Shown piece by piece: positions 1 through 7,666 of a stretch of DNA of 64,000 nucleotides. Below the pieces are notes generated by a model, which saw only the letters and a list, made by a program, of their open reading frames with translations, was not told the origin of the DNA and searched no databases. Position 1 is the stretch's first letter, and every line of letters starts with the position of its first letter. The stretch is from contig JANRIG010000020.1 of NCBI GenBank assembly GCA_033765235.1, forward strand, positions 155,934-219,933, read 5' to 3'. Source of the stretch: Cytophagales bacterium (lineage in GTDB: Bacteria > Bacteroidota > Bacteroidia > Cytophagales > UBA9547). A program made the position numbers and the translations under genes.

Positions 1-1251
1 TCAAGTTGCATTATATTTTGGAGCTGTAGTAAGCAAGCAAAAATATCAAATATAAGTTATCACAGACCATTGCCATACCCTGAGAGTGATTTGATAGCTA
101 AGTTTGAGTGGACTGCATCACCATCAAAATACCCGGGCACAGGCTCAGACATGCATTGGTGGACATGGGGCGTAGACGATGCCATATATGTGGTAGACGG
201 TGACGGGCAAAATTTTGACAAAAAATCAAATTATGCACACCTGCTCAAAGTCACCGGCACACCTCCTGAGCACAAAGTAGAGGAAGTAAACGATTTCACC
301 TCTGTACCATTTCGCAAAATGTTACCCAAAAGCTTACTGCGCAGATATGTGAACGGCACATTAGCAGTAGATTCCAACCTTTATATATCTCTCTATGACT
401 ATGACTGGAATATTGACATAAACAAACCCTATTTCGATACTATATACAGACGCATACAAGAGATGGATGTATGGCGCAACCTGAAAGATACTGCACTTGC
501 AAACCAACTTTTTTTTACTGATAATCTTTCAAAAAATTATGGCATTGCCGGCATTATACAATCTAAAGACTTTGGCAAAACATGGACTAACATACCCAAT
601 GCCAATACACCTCCATTTCTCGGACCTCGTTTTGCAGGGCTTATGTTTCTTACCTTTGGTCCCGGCTATACACAAGTGCCTGATTATTTGGGCAAATATG
701 CTTACGCAGTATCCAATGATGGCAGTTGGGAAACTGGCGACAACCTATATATGGCGCGGGTACACAAAGACAGTATTATTAATAGAGCATCATGGCAGTT
801 TCTATCGGGAATAGATGGCGAAAATAAGCCTGTATGGTCGGCAAATGAGGAGCAAAGTTATCCTATTTTCACAGATACAGGCCATGTAGCACACCCTACC
901 ATGAGCTATAATAAGGCACTCAACAGATACATACTCGGAGTATATAGCGATGTGGTGCCTCACAAAGAAAACGCTACCCGTGCAGAATGGAAAACGTGGG
1001 ACAAAGCTTCTGAAATGCAACTATATGAGAGTGAGTATCCTTGGGGGCCATGGAAAGTATTTTACAACGAAAAACCTTTTGGGGGAAATAATCATAGTGC
1101 GTACTTGCCTCAAATACCCGCTAAATGGTGGAGTGCAGACGGGCTATCGGGCACTGTAATGTTTGCAGGCGACTATACGGGCTATGCATTTGAATATTAT
1201 GCACTTATGACATGGCCATTCAAGCTCACATTACGTGATGGCAAACCTTAG
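1..1251 (+). CDS. Exported beta-propeller-like protein with BNR/Asp-box motif, probable lipoprotein; 5' end lies upstream of the window
   Basis: The frame is open from nt 1, with no stop before the listed TTG at 70. Nt 1-69 read SSCIIFWSCSKQ..., the tail of a signal peptide with a lipobox-like FWSC. The body contains the Asp-box-like SKDFGKTW and W/Y/G-rich propeller-type sequence. The DUF4185/sialidase-like assignment is recalled, not searched. Confidence 0.55.
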   Translation, partial: SSCIIFWSCSKQAKISNISYHRPLPYPESDLIAKFEWTASPSKYPGTGSDMHWWTWGVDDAIYVVDGDGQNFDKKSNYAHLLKVTGTPPEHKVEEVNDFTSVPFRKMLPKSLLRRYVNGTLAVDSNLYISLYDYDWNIDINKPYFDTIYRRIQEMDVWRNLKDTALANQLFFTDNLSKNYGIAGIIQSKDFGKTWTNIPNANTPPFLGPRFAGLMFLTFGPGYTQVPDYLGKYAYAVSNDGSWETGDNLYMARVHKDSIINRASWQFLSGIDGENKPVWSANEEQSYPIFTDTGHVAHPTMSYNKALNRYILGVYSDVVPHKENATRAEWKTWDKASEMQLYESEYPWGPWKVFYNEKPFGGNNHSAYLPQIPAKWWSADGLSGTVMFAGDYTGYAFEYYALMTWPFKLTLRDGKP

Positions 1252-1848
1252 GATATGTGCATTAATTTGCTTTGCAGCTACACAATCCATGGCAAATTTC
1301 AATATAGAGGGAGGTATATTTGGATTATATTTACCAAAAAAATCATACCAATTATCGCAAGAGTGGTATGCGATACCATATGCTGATGTAGCATACAATA
1401 AGATACACATCATGCCCAGATACAACTTTGATATGCTGCATACATTTACACTGAGCATAGGATATGATCTGGTAAAATTAAAAAAAACATTTTTACATTT
1501 ACTCCGTCAGCAGGCTATATGCTTGGTGAATATCAAGGACTTATGGGAGGTTTTCAGTATAACATTTCTTATAAAAACATTAATATATATGGTATAAACC
1601 AATATTTGCATGCCAATGACATGCCTAAAAATGCTTATACATGGTCAGAAACTACCTATAAGATACGCCCTTTGATTCAACCGGGGCTTTCAGCCTTTTT
1701 GAGGTACTTTATGCACCACCAAAGCTTGAACCAAGACTATGGATTAGAATATGTAGCTGAAATAAAATATTTGAGAATCTCTTTATATGTTATGAACCCA
1801 TGGAATGAACGTATCTATAGTTTTATAGGTATTTCGTTAAAAATATGA
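1238..1848 (+). pseudogene. Small signal-peptide beta-barrel-like gene split over two frames (probable frameshift at the A8 tract 1480-1487)
   Basis: ORF 1238-1597 starts MANLRICALICFAATQSMA (signal peptide), then strand-like sequence up to ...SIGYDLVKLKK. The frame open from 1468 continues NIFTFTPSAGYMLGEYQGLMGGFQYNISYKN... to 1848. A 1-nt change in the A8 run would fuse them into about 200 aa. Confidence 0.4.
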
Positions 1849-2050
1849 GGGTGAATGAGTAAAATCTTAAATTTTTATTGATTACAGACCTATTAGCATG
1901 ATTGATTGCATTCGTCTCTGCGCATGGCGTCAATACAAACGCAGTGAAGTAATACCCTCTCTTTTGTTACAGATTGCTTGGTGCCTTGCACCCGCAATGA
2001 TCATGGGTGAGTTAGTGAGTTAGTGAATGAATAACTAAATCTTAAATGAT
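1849..2050. repeat. Intergenic GC-enriched double-hairpin patch bracketed by imperfect ~22-nt direct repeats
   Basis: gtgaatgagtaaaatcttaaat (1851-1872) and gtgaatgaataactaaatcttaaat (2023-2047) flank the patch. On the minus strand there are two modules: tcattgcgggtgcaaggcaccaagcaatct and tattgacgccatgcgcagagacgaatgcaatc. These resemble short REP-like hairpin elements. Confidence 0.35.
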
Positions 2051-2147
2051 TAAAAGCGTCTTTTCTTTTGGTCACTTTTTGTTTGATGCTACTGTAAATG
2101 GTGTTATTAAATTTTTAGATTATAAATCTTCAATCATCCTTGGTTCC

Positions 2148-3164
2148 CTATATGATATTCACCTCAGGTATTATCTCTATTCCAAATTTGTTTTTTACAC
2201 CGTCTTTTATATGCATGGCCAGTTCCCAAATGTCTTTTCCCTTGGCTTGCCCATGATTTACAAGTACTAATGCTTGTAAATGGTGCACACCTGCATCGCC
2301 TACCCTAGTACCTTTGTAGCCACACTGCTCTATGAGCCAGCCGGCTGCTATTTTGATGTTGCCGTTGGGTTCAGGGTAGTTCGGCATTTGAGGATATGTT
2401 TCTAAAAGTTTAGCTGCTATATCAGATTTAATTACCGGATTTTTAAAAAAGCTGCCTGCATTGCCTATCAATTCAGGGTCGGGTAGTTTGCTTTTTCGTA
2501 TGGCTATCACAGCATCACTGACATCTTTTATGGTAGGCAGCGTTATATTTTTTTGTTGTAAAGTATCGAGTATGGCACCATATCGGGTGTTTAGCACATG
2601 CTTTTTGTGCAACTTAAAAGCAACATTTGTGATTAAAAACTGATTTTTGTACTTTCCTTTAAAAACGCTTTCTCTGTATCCAAACTCACAATCTGCATGG
2701 TAAAAAGTATGTTTGTCGCAGGTTTGTAAGTTTATTGCTTGCAAGCTGTAGAATACATCTTTGATTTCGGCGCCGTAGGCGCCAATATTTTGCATGGGAG
2801 CTGCTCCTACGGTACCCGGAATGAGTGATAGGTTTTCAACACCTCCATAACCGTTTACTATACAATATGTTACAAAATCATGCCAAATTTCTCCGGCACC
2901 TGCCTCAATGATTACAGTATCTTCATTTTCTGATAATAATTGTATGCCTTTGATACTCACCTTTAATACAAGTGCGTCTATATCATTCACAAAGAGCACA
3001 TTACTACCCCCGCCCAAAATCATTACCTTATTTTGTATGTATAGCTGTGAGCCAAATACTTCATAAAAATCACTTTCATTGTTTATTTCAGCATAGTATT
3101 TAGCATATGCATCTATGCCAAATGTATTGTATTTTTTTAAGCTTACATCATGCTTTATCTCCAT
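2148..3164 (-). CDS. murB: UDP-N-acetylenolpyruvoylglucosamine reductase
   Basis: KKYNTFGIDAYAKYY...ILGGGSNVLF and a C-terminal GAGWLIEQCGYKG...VLVN pattern typical of MurB. I prefer the ATG at 3164 (MEIKHD...), which overlaps the upstream stop as TAATG. The ORF track start at 3185 is also possible. Confidence 0.9.
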   Translation of the reverse strand: MEIKHDVSLKKYNTFGIDAYAKYYAEINNESDFYEVFGSQLYIQNKVMILGGGSNVLFVNDIDALVLKVSIKGIQLLSENEDTVIIEAGAGEIWHDFVTYCIVNGYGGVENLSLIPGTVGAAPMQNIGAYGAEIKDVFYSLQAINLQTCDKHTFYHADCEFGYRESVFKGKYKNQFLITNVAFKLHKKHVLNTRYGAILDTLQQKNITLPTIKDVSDAVIAIRKSKLPDPELIGNAGSFFKNPVIKSDIAAKLLETYPQMPNYPEPNGNIKIAAGWLIEQCGYKGTRVGDAGVHHLQALVLVNHGQAKGKDIWELAMHIKDGVKNKFGIEIIPEVNII

Positions 3165-5437
3165 TATCTGATAATATTTATCCACCCTGACAGCTTATTG
3201 TCATATCCGCTTAAACCATACTTTAGGTCGTAATAATATAACCCGTCGGGCAAGGCTTGTGCGTCAAAATCATTGGCATAAAGTTCTGATTTATATACAT
3301 TTGTACCCCATCTGTTGAATATATTTACTGCCCTGTAGGGGTACAATTCTATATTTGATATACGCCAAGTATCGTTTTGCCCATCGGAGTTTGGTGTGAT
3401 TATGTTAATAGCTTGAATATCAATATCAAACCGGATATTGGTGATATTGGATATGCTCAAAAGTTTTTGTGTATATTTCTCAAAGCAAGCTACAAAATAA
3501 GTCTGAATTATGCCGTTTTGAGGGGTAAATTTTGTGTATAAAGTATCATAAATTGGGTCTGTATTTACATTTGTGGCAGAGGATTCAATAGTAGTATATA
3601 GCTGATAATAAACATCTTTGTTGTAATAATATGGATTCCAATGTAGTATAAAGTTATTTTTAGAATTTGTTTTCATTTGCAGAAATATGGTATTCATTAC
3701 ATCTGACTCCGAAGAAAGGTTGCAACTATCATTTTTTATTATTTTGTATTGAAAAAAATGGTTATTACCGTCAGCTACTCTGTCTATATATAAGTTTGTA
3801 CCATTGTATTTGTATTTTTCTAATAGTGTGAATGCAGTTTCCTTAGAATTTTTTTTGTATATATTTATGAAATCAGCGTTATTAAAGCTACTTGTGAGCG
3901 AGAGAGTAGCAGATGTGGCAGCAGTATTGGTGTATGATGGAAAAAAATATACAGAATCAGGCAATGGATATGATATAATCTCCAAAGTATCTGAGTATCC
4001 TTTGCACACATTGGCGGGCGATGTGTATGTTTCATACAGCCAAAGTTTGGCATTTTGGCTTTGCACCCATTTTAGCCGTGCGGTGTTGCCTGTATCTGTC
4101 TTCTCAAAAGTACACCCTTGGCATAGCCATTTATATTTGGAGCCATTGGTTTCAATGGTGCTGTAGGTATGATAGCTACTATCATTTCTGCAAAAGTAGG
4201 AGGCTCCATAAGGCCCTAAAGGTCTCAAGTTTGTATCTATTTTTACAGGATAGTATTCAGTTTTTCCAAAGCATTGTATGCCTTCATCAGTCAGTTTCCA
4301 TGGCACCATGGTTATTTTGGCAGAGTCACTATAGCCACGCCAATCTATATAATATGGTGCTTTTTCGGCAATGGGCAATGAGCCTGAGCCTCCTCGTACA
4401 CCAAAGCTGTAGCGGTAGCCATCGTTTACAACAAATTCATATTTTACATTTTTAGCATAAGGGCATACTACATTGGGTCCTATGGCTTTTATGCCTGTAT
4501 TCACTCCTACAGTGATATTTTTTTGAAGCACAGTGCTCGCACCACATGTGTTTGCTACATGTATAGTCATGCTGTACTCACCGTTTTGTGCCCAATTTAC
4601 AGTAAGTGTAGCATTGTTTTTTTTATAATCTGTGGTACCTGTGACAGACCATCCGTAGCTTATTCCTATTAGTCCCGGAAGTGTGTATACTACTGACGAT
4701 GGCACTGTGCAAATAAAATTCATACCATCTATACCCTTTATGGTATCTGGTATGCCACAGAGTATTACTTGGCCGTATTTGGCTGTGGTTTGCCAGTTTT
4801 CATTTACACAGCAGTTGTTCCACATGGCTTGCACGTCTCTTGCGGTAGCTGTAGTATTGTCAGTATCATCATTGGCTACATCCATTCCAAGGCTGCGTCC
4901 GGGGATAGGTTTCAGAGTGGTGTCTCTATCGAGCATAGTCCATGGAAATGCAAACTCCGCAGTGTAGCCTGTATTGTCTTTTACTACTTTTGATATTGCT
5001 CCTTTGCCATTGCCAAAATCTTCACAAAAATTTTCATCATTTGGAAATGCCTTGAAGTGCAGCCCGCCATTGTCATTGGTAATGCGTTTTTTATTATACC
5101 TTGGGTCTATGAATATTTCTATGGCATCCAATAAGGGTGAGCTGCTACAACTTGTGCCGGGCTTTATCACTGCATCTACCACAGTGGCATCTATTACTTT
5201 TACTGCTACGTACAGGTAGCTTTTATCCCAAAGCACTCCAAAAGTCACTGTATTGCTGATATTTGTATTGGCATTGCCAATGTTTATTAATTTTTCTACT
5301 TTGTTGGTCAGTTTCCAGTCAGTTTCATTCAGCTTGCCATCTATGGTTATATTTTCAGAATATATGGCATAGGTGTACAGTTGAGAATATATCTTGCATG
5401 TGAAAAGTATAAAACATATTGATAAGTAGCACCTCAA
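3164..5437 (-). CDS. Secreted protein with N-terminal CBM9/DOMON-like domain and type B T9SS (gliding-motility-associated) C-terminal domain
   Basis: Short signal peptide. The N-terminus reads ITIDGKLNETDWK...FGVLWDKSYLYVAVKVID (CBM9-like). The C-terminus reads ITPNSDGQNDTWRI...IFNRWGTNVY...DGLYYYDL...GWINIIR (type B sorting domain pattern). The TTG start overlaps the sirtuin stop. Confidence 0.75.
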   Translation of the reverse strand: MRCYLSICFILFTCKIYSQLYTYAIYSENITIDGKLNETDWKLTNKVEKLINIGNANTNISNTVTFGVLWDKSYLYVAVKVIDATVVDAVIKPGTSCSSSPLLDAIEIFIDPRYNKKRITNDNGGLHFKAFPNDENFCEDFGNGKGAISKVVKDNTGYTAEFAFPWTMLDRDTTLKPIPGRSLGMDVANDDTDNTTATARDVQAMWNNCCVNENWQTTAKYGQVILCGIPDTIKGIDGMNFICTVPSSVVYTLPGLIGISYGWSVTGTTDYKKNNATLTVNWAQNGEYSMTIHVANTCGASTVLQKNITVGVNTGIKAIGPNVVCPYAKNVKYEFVVNDGYRYSFGVRGGSGSLPIAEKAPYYIDWRGYSDSAKITMVPWKLTDEGIQCFGKTEYYPVKIDTNLRPLGPYGASYFCRNDSSYHTYSTIETNGSKYKWLCQGCTFEKTDTGNTARLKWVQSQNAKLWLYETYTSPANVCKGYSDTLEIISYPLPDSVYFFPSYTNTAATSATLSLTSSFNNADFINIYKKNSKETAFTLLEKYKYNGTNLYIDRVADGNNHFFQYKIIKNDSCNLSSESDVMNTIFLQMKTNSKNNFILHWNPYYYNKDVYYQLYTTIESSATNVNTDPIYDTLYTKFTPQNGIIQTYFVACFEKYTQKLLSISNITNIRFDIDIQAINIITPNSDGQNDTWRISNIELYPYRAVNIFNRWGTNVYKSELYANDFDAQALPDGLYYYDLKYGLSGYDNKLSGWINIIR

Positions 5438-6123
5438 AGCTGCAAAATTTTTTGTATTACTTCAGGCACTCCTTCGGTAGCAGTACGTTCATACAAATGT
5501 ACATTTTTTCTATTAATATTCATAGCACTTGCATTAGGGTCTACTACATATATAGGTACTGAAGGGCGCACATACTCTACCAAACTTGCTGCAGGGTATA
5601 CCAAAAGTGATGTGCCCACTATCAGAAACACATCTGCACTGAGGGTAATATTTATGGCAGTCTCCATCAAGGGTACTTCTTCGCCAAACCATACTATGTG
5701 CGGGCGGAGTTGAGAGCCTTTTTCGCACAAGTCTCCTATTTTTAGTTCCCAGCCTTGTATATCATATACAAGCCTTTGGTCTACAGTGCTGCGCGATTTA
5801 AAAATTTCGCCGTGCAGGTGCGTGATATATTTGCTACCCGCTTTTTCATGCAAGTTGTCTATATTTTGGGTGATTATTTTTACCTCAGTATGTTTTTCAA
5901 GTTCTTTGAGTGCCATATGTGCAGCATTTGGCTGAGCATGTATCCCTTGCTTGCGTCGCTCGTTGTAAAACTTAAGTACCAATTCCGGATTTTTGTGCCA
6001 AGCCTGCGGAGTAGCTACCTCTTCTATGCTGTATCCTTCCCAAAACCCACCTGCATCGCGAAACGTTTTGAGACCGCTCTCTGCACTTATGCCTGCTCCT
6101 GTAAGCACTACTACTCTTTTCAT
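5434..6123 (-). CDS. cobB: NAD-dependent protein deacylase, Sir2 family
   Basis: GAGISAESGLKTFR, QNIDNLH and catalytic HLHG motifs are present, and the size is 229 aa. Only one Cys in the whole protein, so the usual Zn-ribbon cysteine tetrad is absent. Confidence 0.88.
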   Translation of the reverse strand: MKRVVVLTGAGISAESGLKTFRDAGGFWEGYSIEEVATPQAWHKNPELVLKFYNERRKQGIHAQPNAAHMALKELEKHTEVKIITQNIDNLHEKAGSKYITHLHGEIFKSRSTVDQRLVYDIQGWELKIGDLCEKGSQLRPHIVWFGEEVPLMETAINITLSADVFLIVGTSLLVYPAASLVEYVRPSVPIYVVDPNASAMNINRKNVHLYERTATEGVPEVIQKILQL

Positions 6124-6127
6124 TATA

Positions 6128-6135
6128 CAAAAATA
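6128..6135 (-). promoter_or_regulatory. Bacteroidota -7 promoter motif (TATTTTTG) 4 nt upstream of the sirtuin ATG
   Basis: The minus strand reads TATTTTTG-tata-ATG. This matches TAnnTTTG. Confidence 0.3.
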
Positions 6136-6172
6136 AAAAAAGGCCGGAATAATATAAAAAATGTCACGGCCT
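6131..6172 (-). terminator. Possible intrinsic terminator after the TerB-like gene
   Basis: On the minus strand, aggccg...(20-nt loop)...cggcct is followed by tttttttattttt. The stem is only 6 bp with a large loop. Confidence 0.3.
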
Positions 6173-6197
6173 ATTAAAAAATATCTTTATTATATGC

Positions 6198-6632
6198 TTA
6201 GTCTTTGATGAGATATGCAACCCTGAGCTGTGTCTCTTCCATAGAGTTACCCAGCGATATATTCATCTTAATGGAGTCTATTAGTTCATCTACTTTGTTT
6301 ACTGCAAATCCTATTTTTTGGGCAAATTTTTTGCACATGCTCAGTTCATTTGCATTAATATTGTTGTCCACCATCATCATTTTTACGAGGTCAAATATTT
6401 GTTCAAATTTTTTGATAGATTTTTCCTGCGAAAAATCTTTTTTGGTAATGCCTATTGTAATTAACTTATCTACCTCGTTGGCAGACACACCATATTTGGC
6501 AGCTATGTCTTGCAAAAATTCATACTCTGCATCATCTATTTTGCCATCGGCAAGTGCCATTTGCGCGAGATTACGAAGGTGCGCTTTACCTTTTTTAATC
6601 TTCGGGCTTAAGAATACATCCAATACTGCCAT
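6198..6632 (-). CDS. TerB-like (tellurite-resistance TerB / DjlA N-terminal type) domain protein
   Basis: LAQMALADGKIDDAEYEFLQDIAAKYGVS, plus a second ...VDNNINANELSMCKKFAQKIG repeat. This is typical of the paired-helix TerB fold. Confidence 0.65.
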   Translation of the reverse strand: MAVLDVFLSPKIKKGKAHLRNLAQMALADGKIDDAEYEFLQDIAAKYGVSANEVDKLITIGITKKDFSQEKSIKKFEQIFDLVKMMMVDNNINANELSMCKKFAQKIGFAVNKVDELIDSIKMNISLGNSMEETQLRVAYLIKD

Positions 6633-6729
6633 AACATTTAATTTAGTTAAAAATATTACTTTTGTAAAACTAAAAAAAATTTAATTAAATCAAAAACAAA
6701 TACAATATTTTTTTGTAAAAAAATTTTAT

Positions 6730-6754
6730 TAAATTACATGCACCATGTAATTTA
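6730..6754. promoter_or_regulatory. Perfect 11-bp inverted repeat (taaattacatg-cac-catgtaattta), candidate operator
   Basis: Arms at 6730-6740 and 6744-6754 are exact reverse complements. It lies in the divergent TerB-like / MobA-like intergenic region. Confidence 0.3.
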
Positions 6755-6876
6755 CATTTTTAATATTGATATAATAATCTTAAAAAATAAATGATGCTAT
6801 GTTCACAAAATATTTATGAAAATATAAAATATTCATTTACAATTATTTATAAAAAAAACCTCAAAATATTATTTTA

Positions 6877-6891
6877 TACATTGAAAATGTA
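6877..6891. promoter_or_regulatory. Second TACAT-N5-ATGTA palindrome (tacatt-gaa-aatgta)
   Basis: 6-bp arms with a 3-nt spacer. It has the same core as the palindrome at 6730-6754. Confidence 0.25.
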
Positions 6892-7052
6892 AAACTTTTT
6901 GAAAAATATTTCGTATAAGGATTTTTATGATACTTATAATTTTCTAATTATTATAAAAACACACAAAATATTATACGCATTATTTATTAACAAAAGGTTA
7001 TTTGTCTGATTTTTAAATATTAATATTATAATAATAAATAATACTTTTTTTA

Positions 7053-7060
7053 TATATTTG
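7053..7060 (+). promoter_or_regulatory. -7 promoter motif TATATTTG
   Basis: TAnnTTTG match 22 nt upstream of the ATG at 7083. Confidence 0.4.
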
Positions 7061-7082
7061 TGCAAATCATTTATTATTTAAG

Positions 7083-7658
7083 ATGTCGGATATCCATGGT
7101 TTGTTACTTTGTGGCACTCAGCTGAGCAGGCTCAACTATGACAGGGGGCTTGCCAAACACCGTGGCAAAACATGGGCGGAAATATCTCATCAAAAATTGT
7201 CAAAATTTTGTAAAAATACTTTTGTGTCGGTTACAGGAAGCCAAGTAGCAAATTATTCTCATATATTTGGGAGTAATAATACCATCAAAGACTCTGTCCA
7301 AATCAAGGGACCGCTGGCAGGCCTGCTTTCTGCACATTTGGCACACCCCGACTACGATTTTTTGGTACTTGCCTGTGACCAGCTGGATATAAAAATAGAT
7401 ACATTGGAACTGCTGCTGCGCAAATATAACTATAGCAATGAGTCGGATGTGATTATGTATCAGCACCTTGGCAAGCCACAGCCATTGCCCGGCATATACA
7501 CTTCTAATCTGCTAAGGGATATACTACAACGCTATCGCAAAGCTACAGACCGCACAGACATGAGTTTGCACAGTTCTATCAAAAATGCATCAATATGCAG
7601 TTTTCACTTGCCCGAAGCCAAAGTATCAGAATTTAAGACTATATTGAGGCATCATTAA
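7083..7658 (+). CDS. MobA-like nucleotidyltransferase (molybdenum cofactor guanylyltransferase family), divergent
   Basis: GLLLCG...SRL...DRGL at the N-terminus, GPLAGLLSA, and LVLACDQ, in MobA-like order and size (191 aa). The canonical LAGGxSxRMG loop is degenerate (LCGTQLSRLNY). Confidence 0.5.
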   Translation: MSDIHGLLLCGTQLSRLNYDRGLAKHRGKTWAEISHQKLSKFCKNTFVSVTGSQVANYSHIFGSNNTIKDSVQIKGPLAGLLSAHLAHPDYDFLVLACDQLDIKIDTLELLLRKYNYSNESDVIMYQHLGKPQPLPGIYTSNLLRDILQRYRKATDRTDMSLHSSIKNASICSFHLPEAKVSEFKTILRHH

Positions 7659-7666
7659 CCTAAAAA

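Noticed and set aside
2046-2270. 74-aa plus-strand ORF at the murB 3' end.
   Set aside because: It mostly overlaps murB antisense and has no supporting features.
5434-6632. Sir2 next to a TerB-like protein, considered as a possible anti-phage (Sir2-based NADase) module.
   Set aside because: The Sir2 is a short canonical deacylase with intact sirtuin motifs, and it is codon-coupled to housekeeping genes. There is no HerA, TIR, helicase or other defence partner. A terminator-like hairpin separates it from the TerB-like gene.
6205-6684. 159-aa ORF antisense to the TerB-like gene.
   Set aside because: The opposite frame has a clear TerB-like motif pattern, whereas this frame is S/I/L-rich low-complexity sequence.
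6633-7082. The 450-bp AT-rich spacer, considered as a replication origin.
   Set aside because: I saw no DnaA-box-like TTATCCACA/TGTGGATAA clusters in the spacer, and no dnaA/dnaN are nearby.
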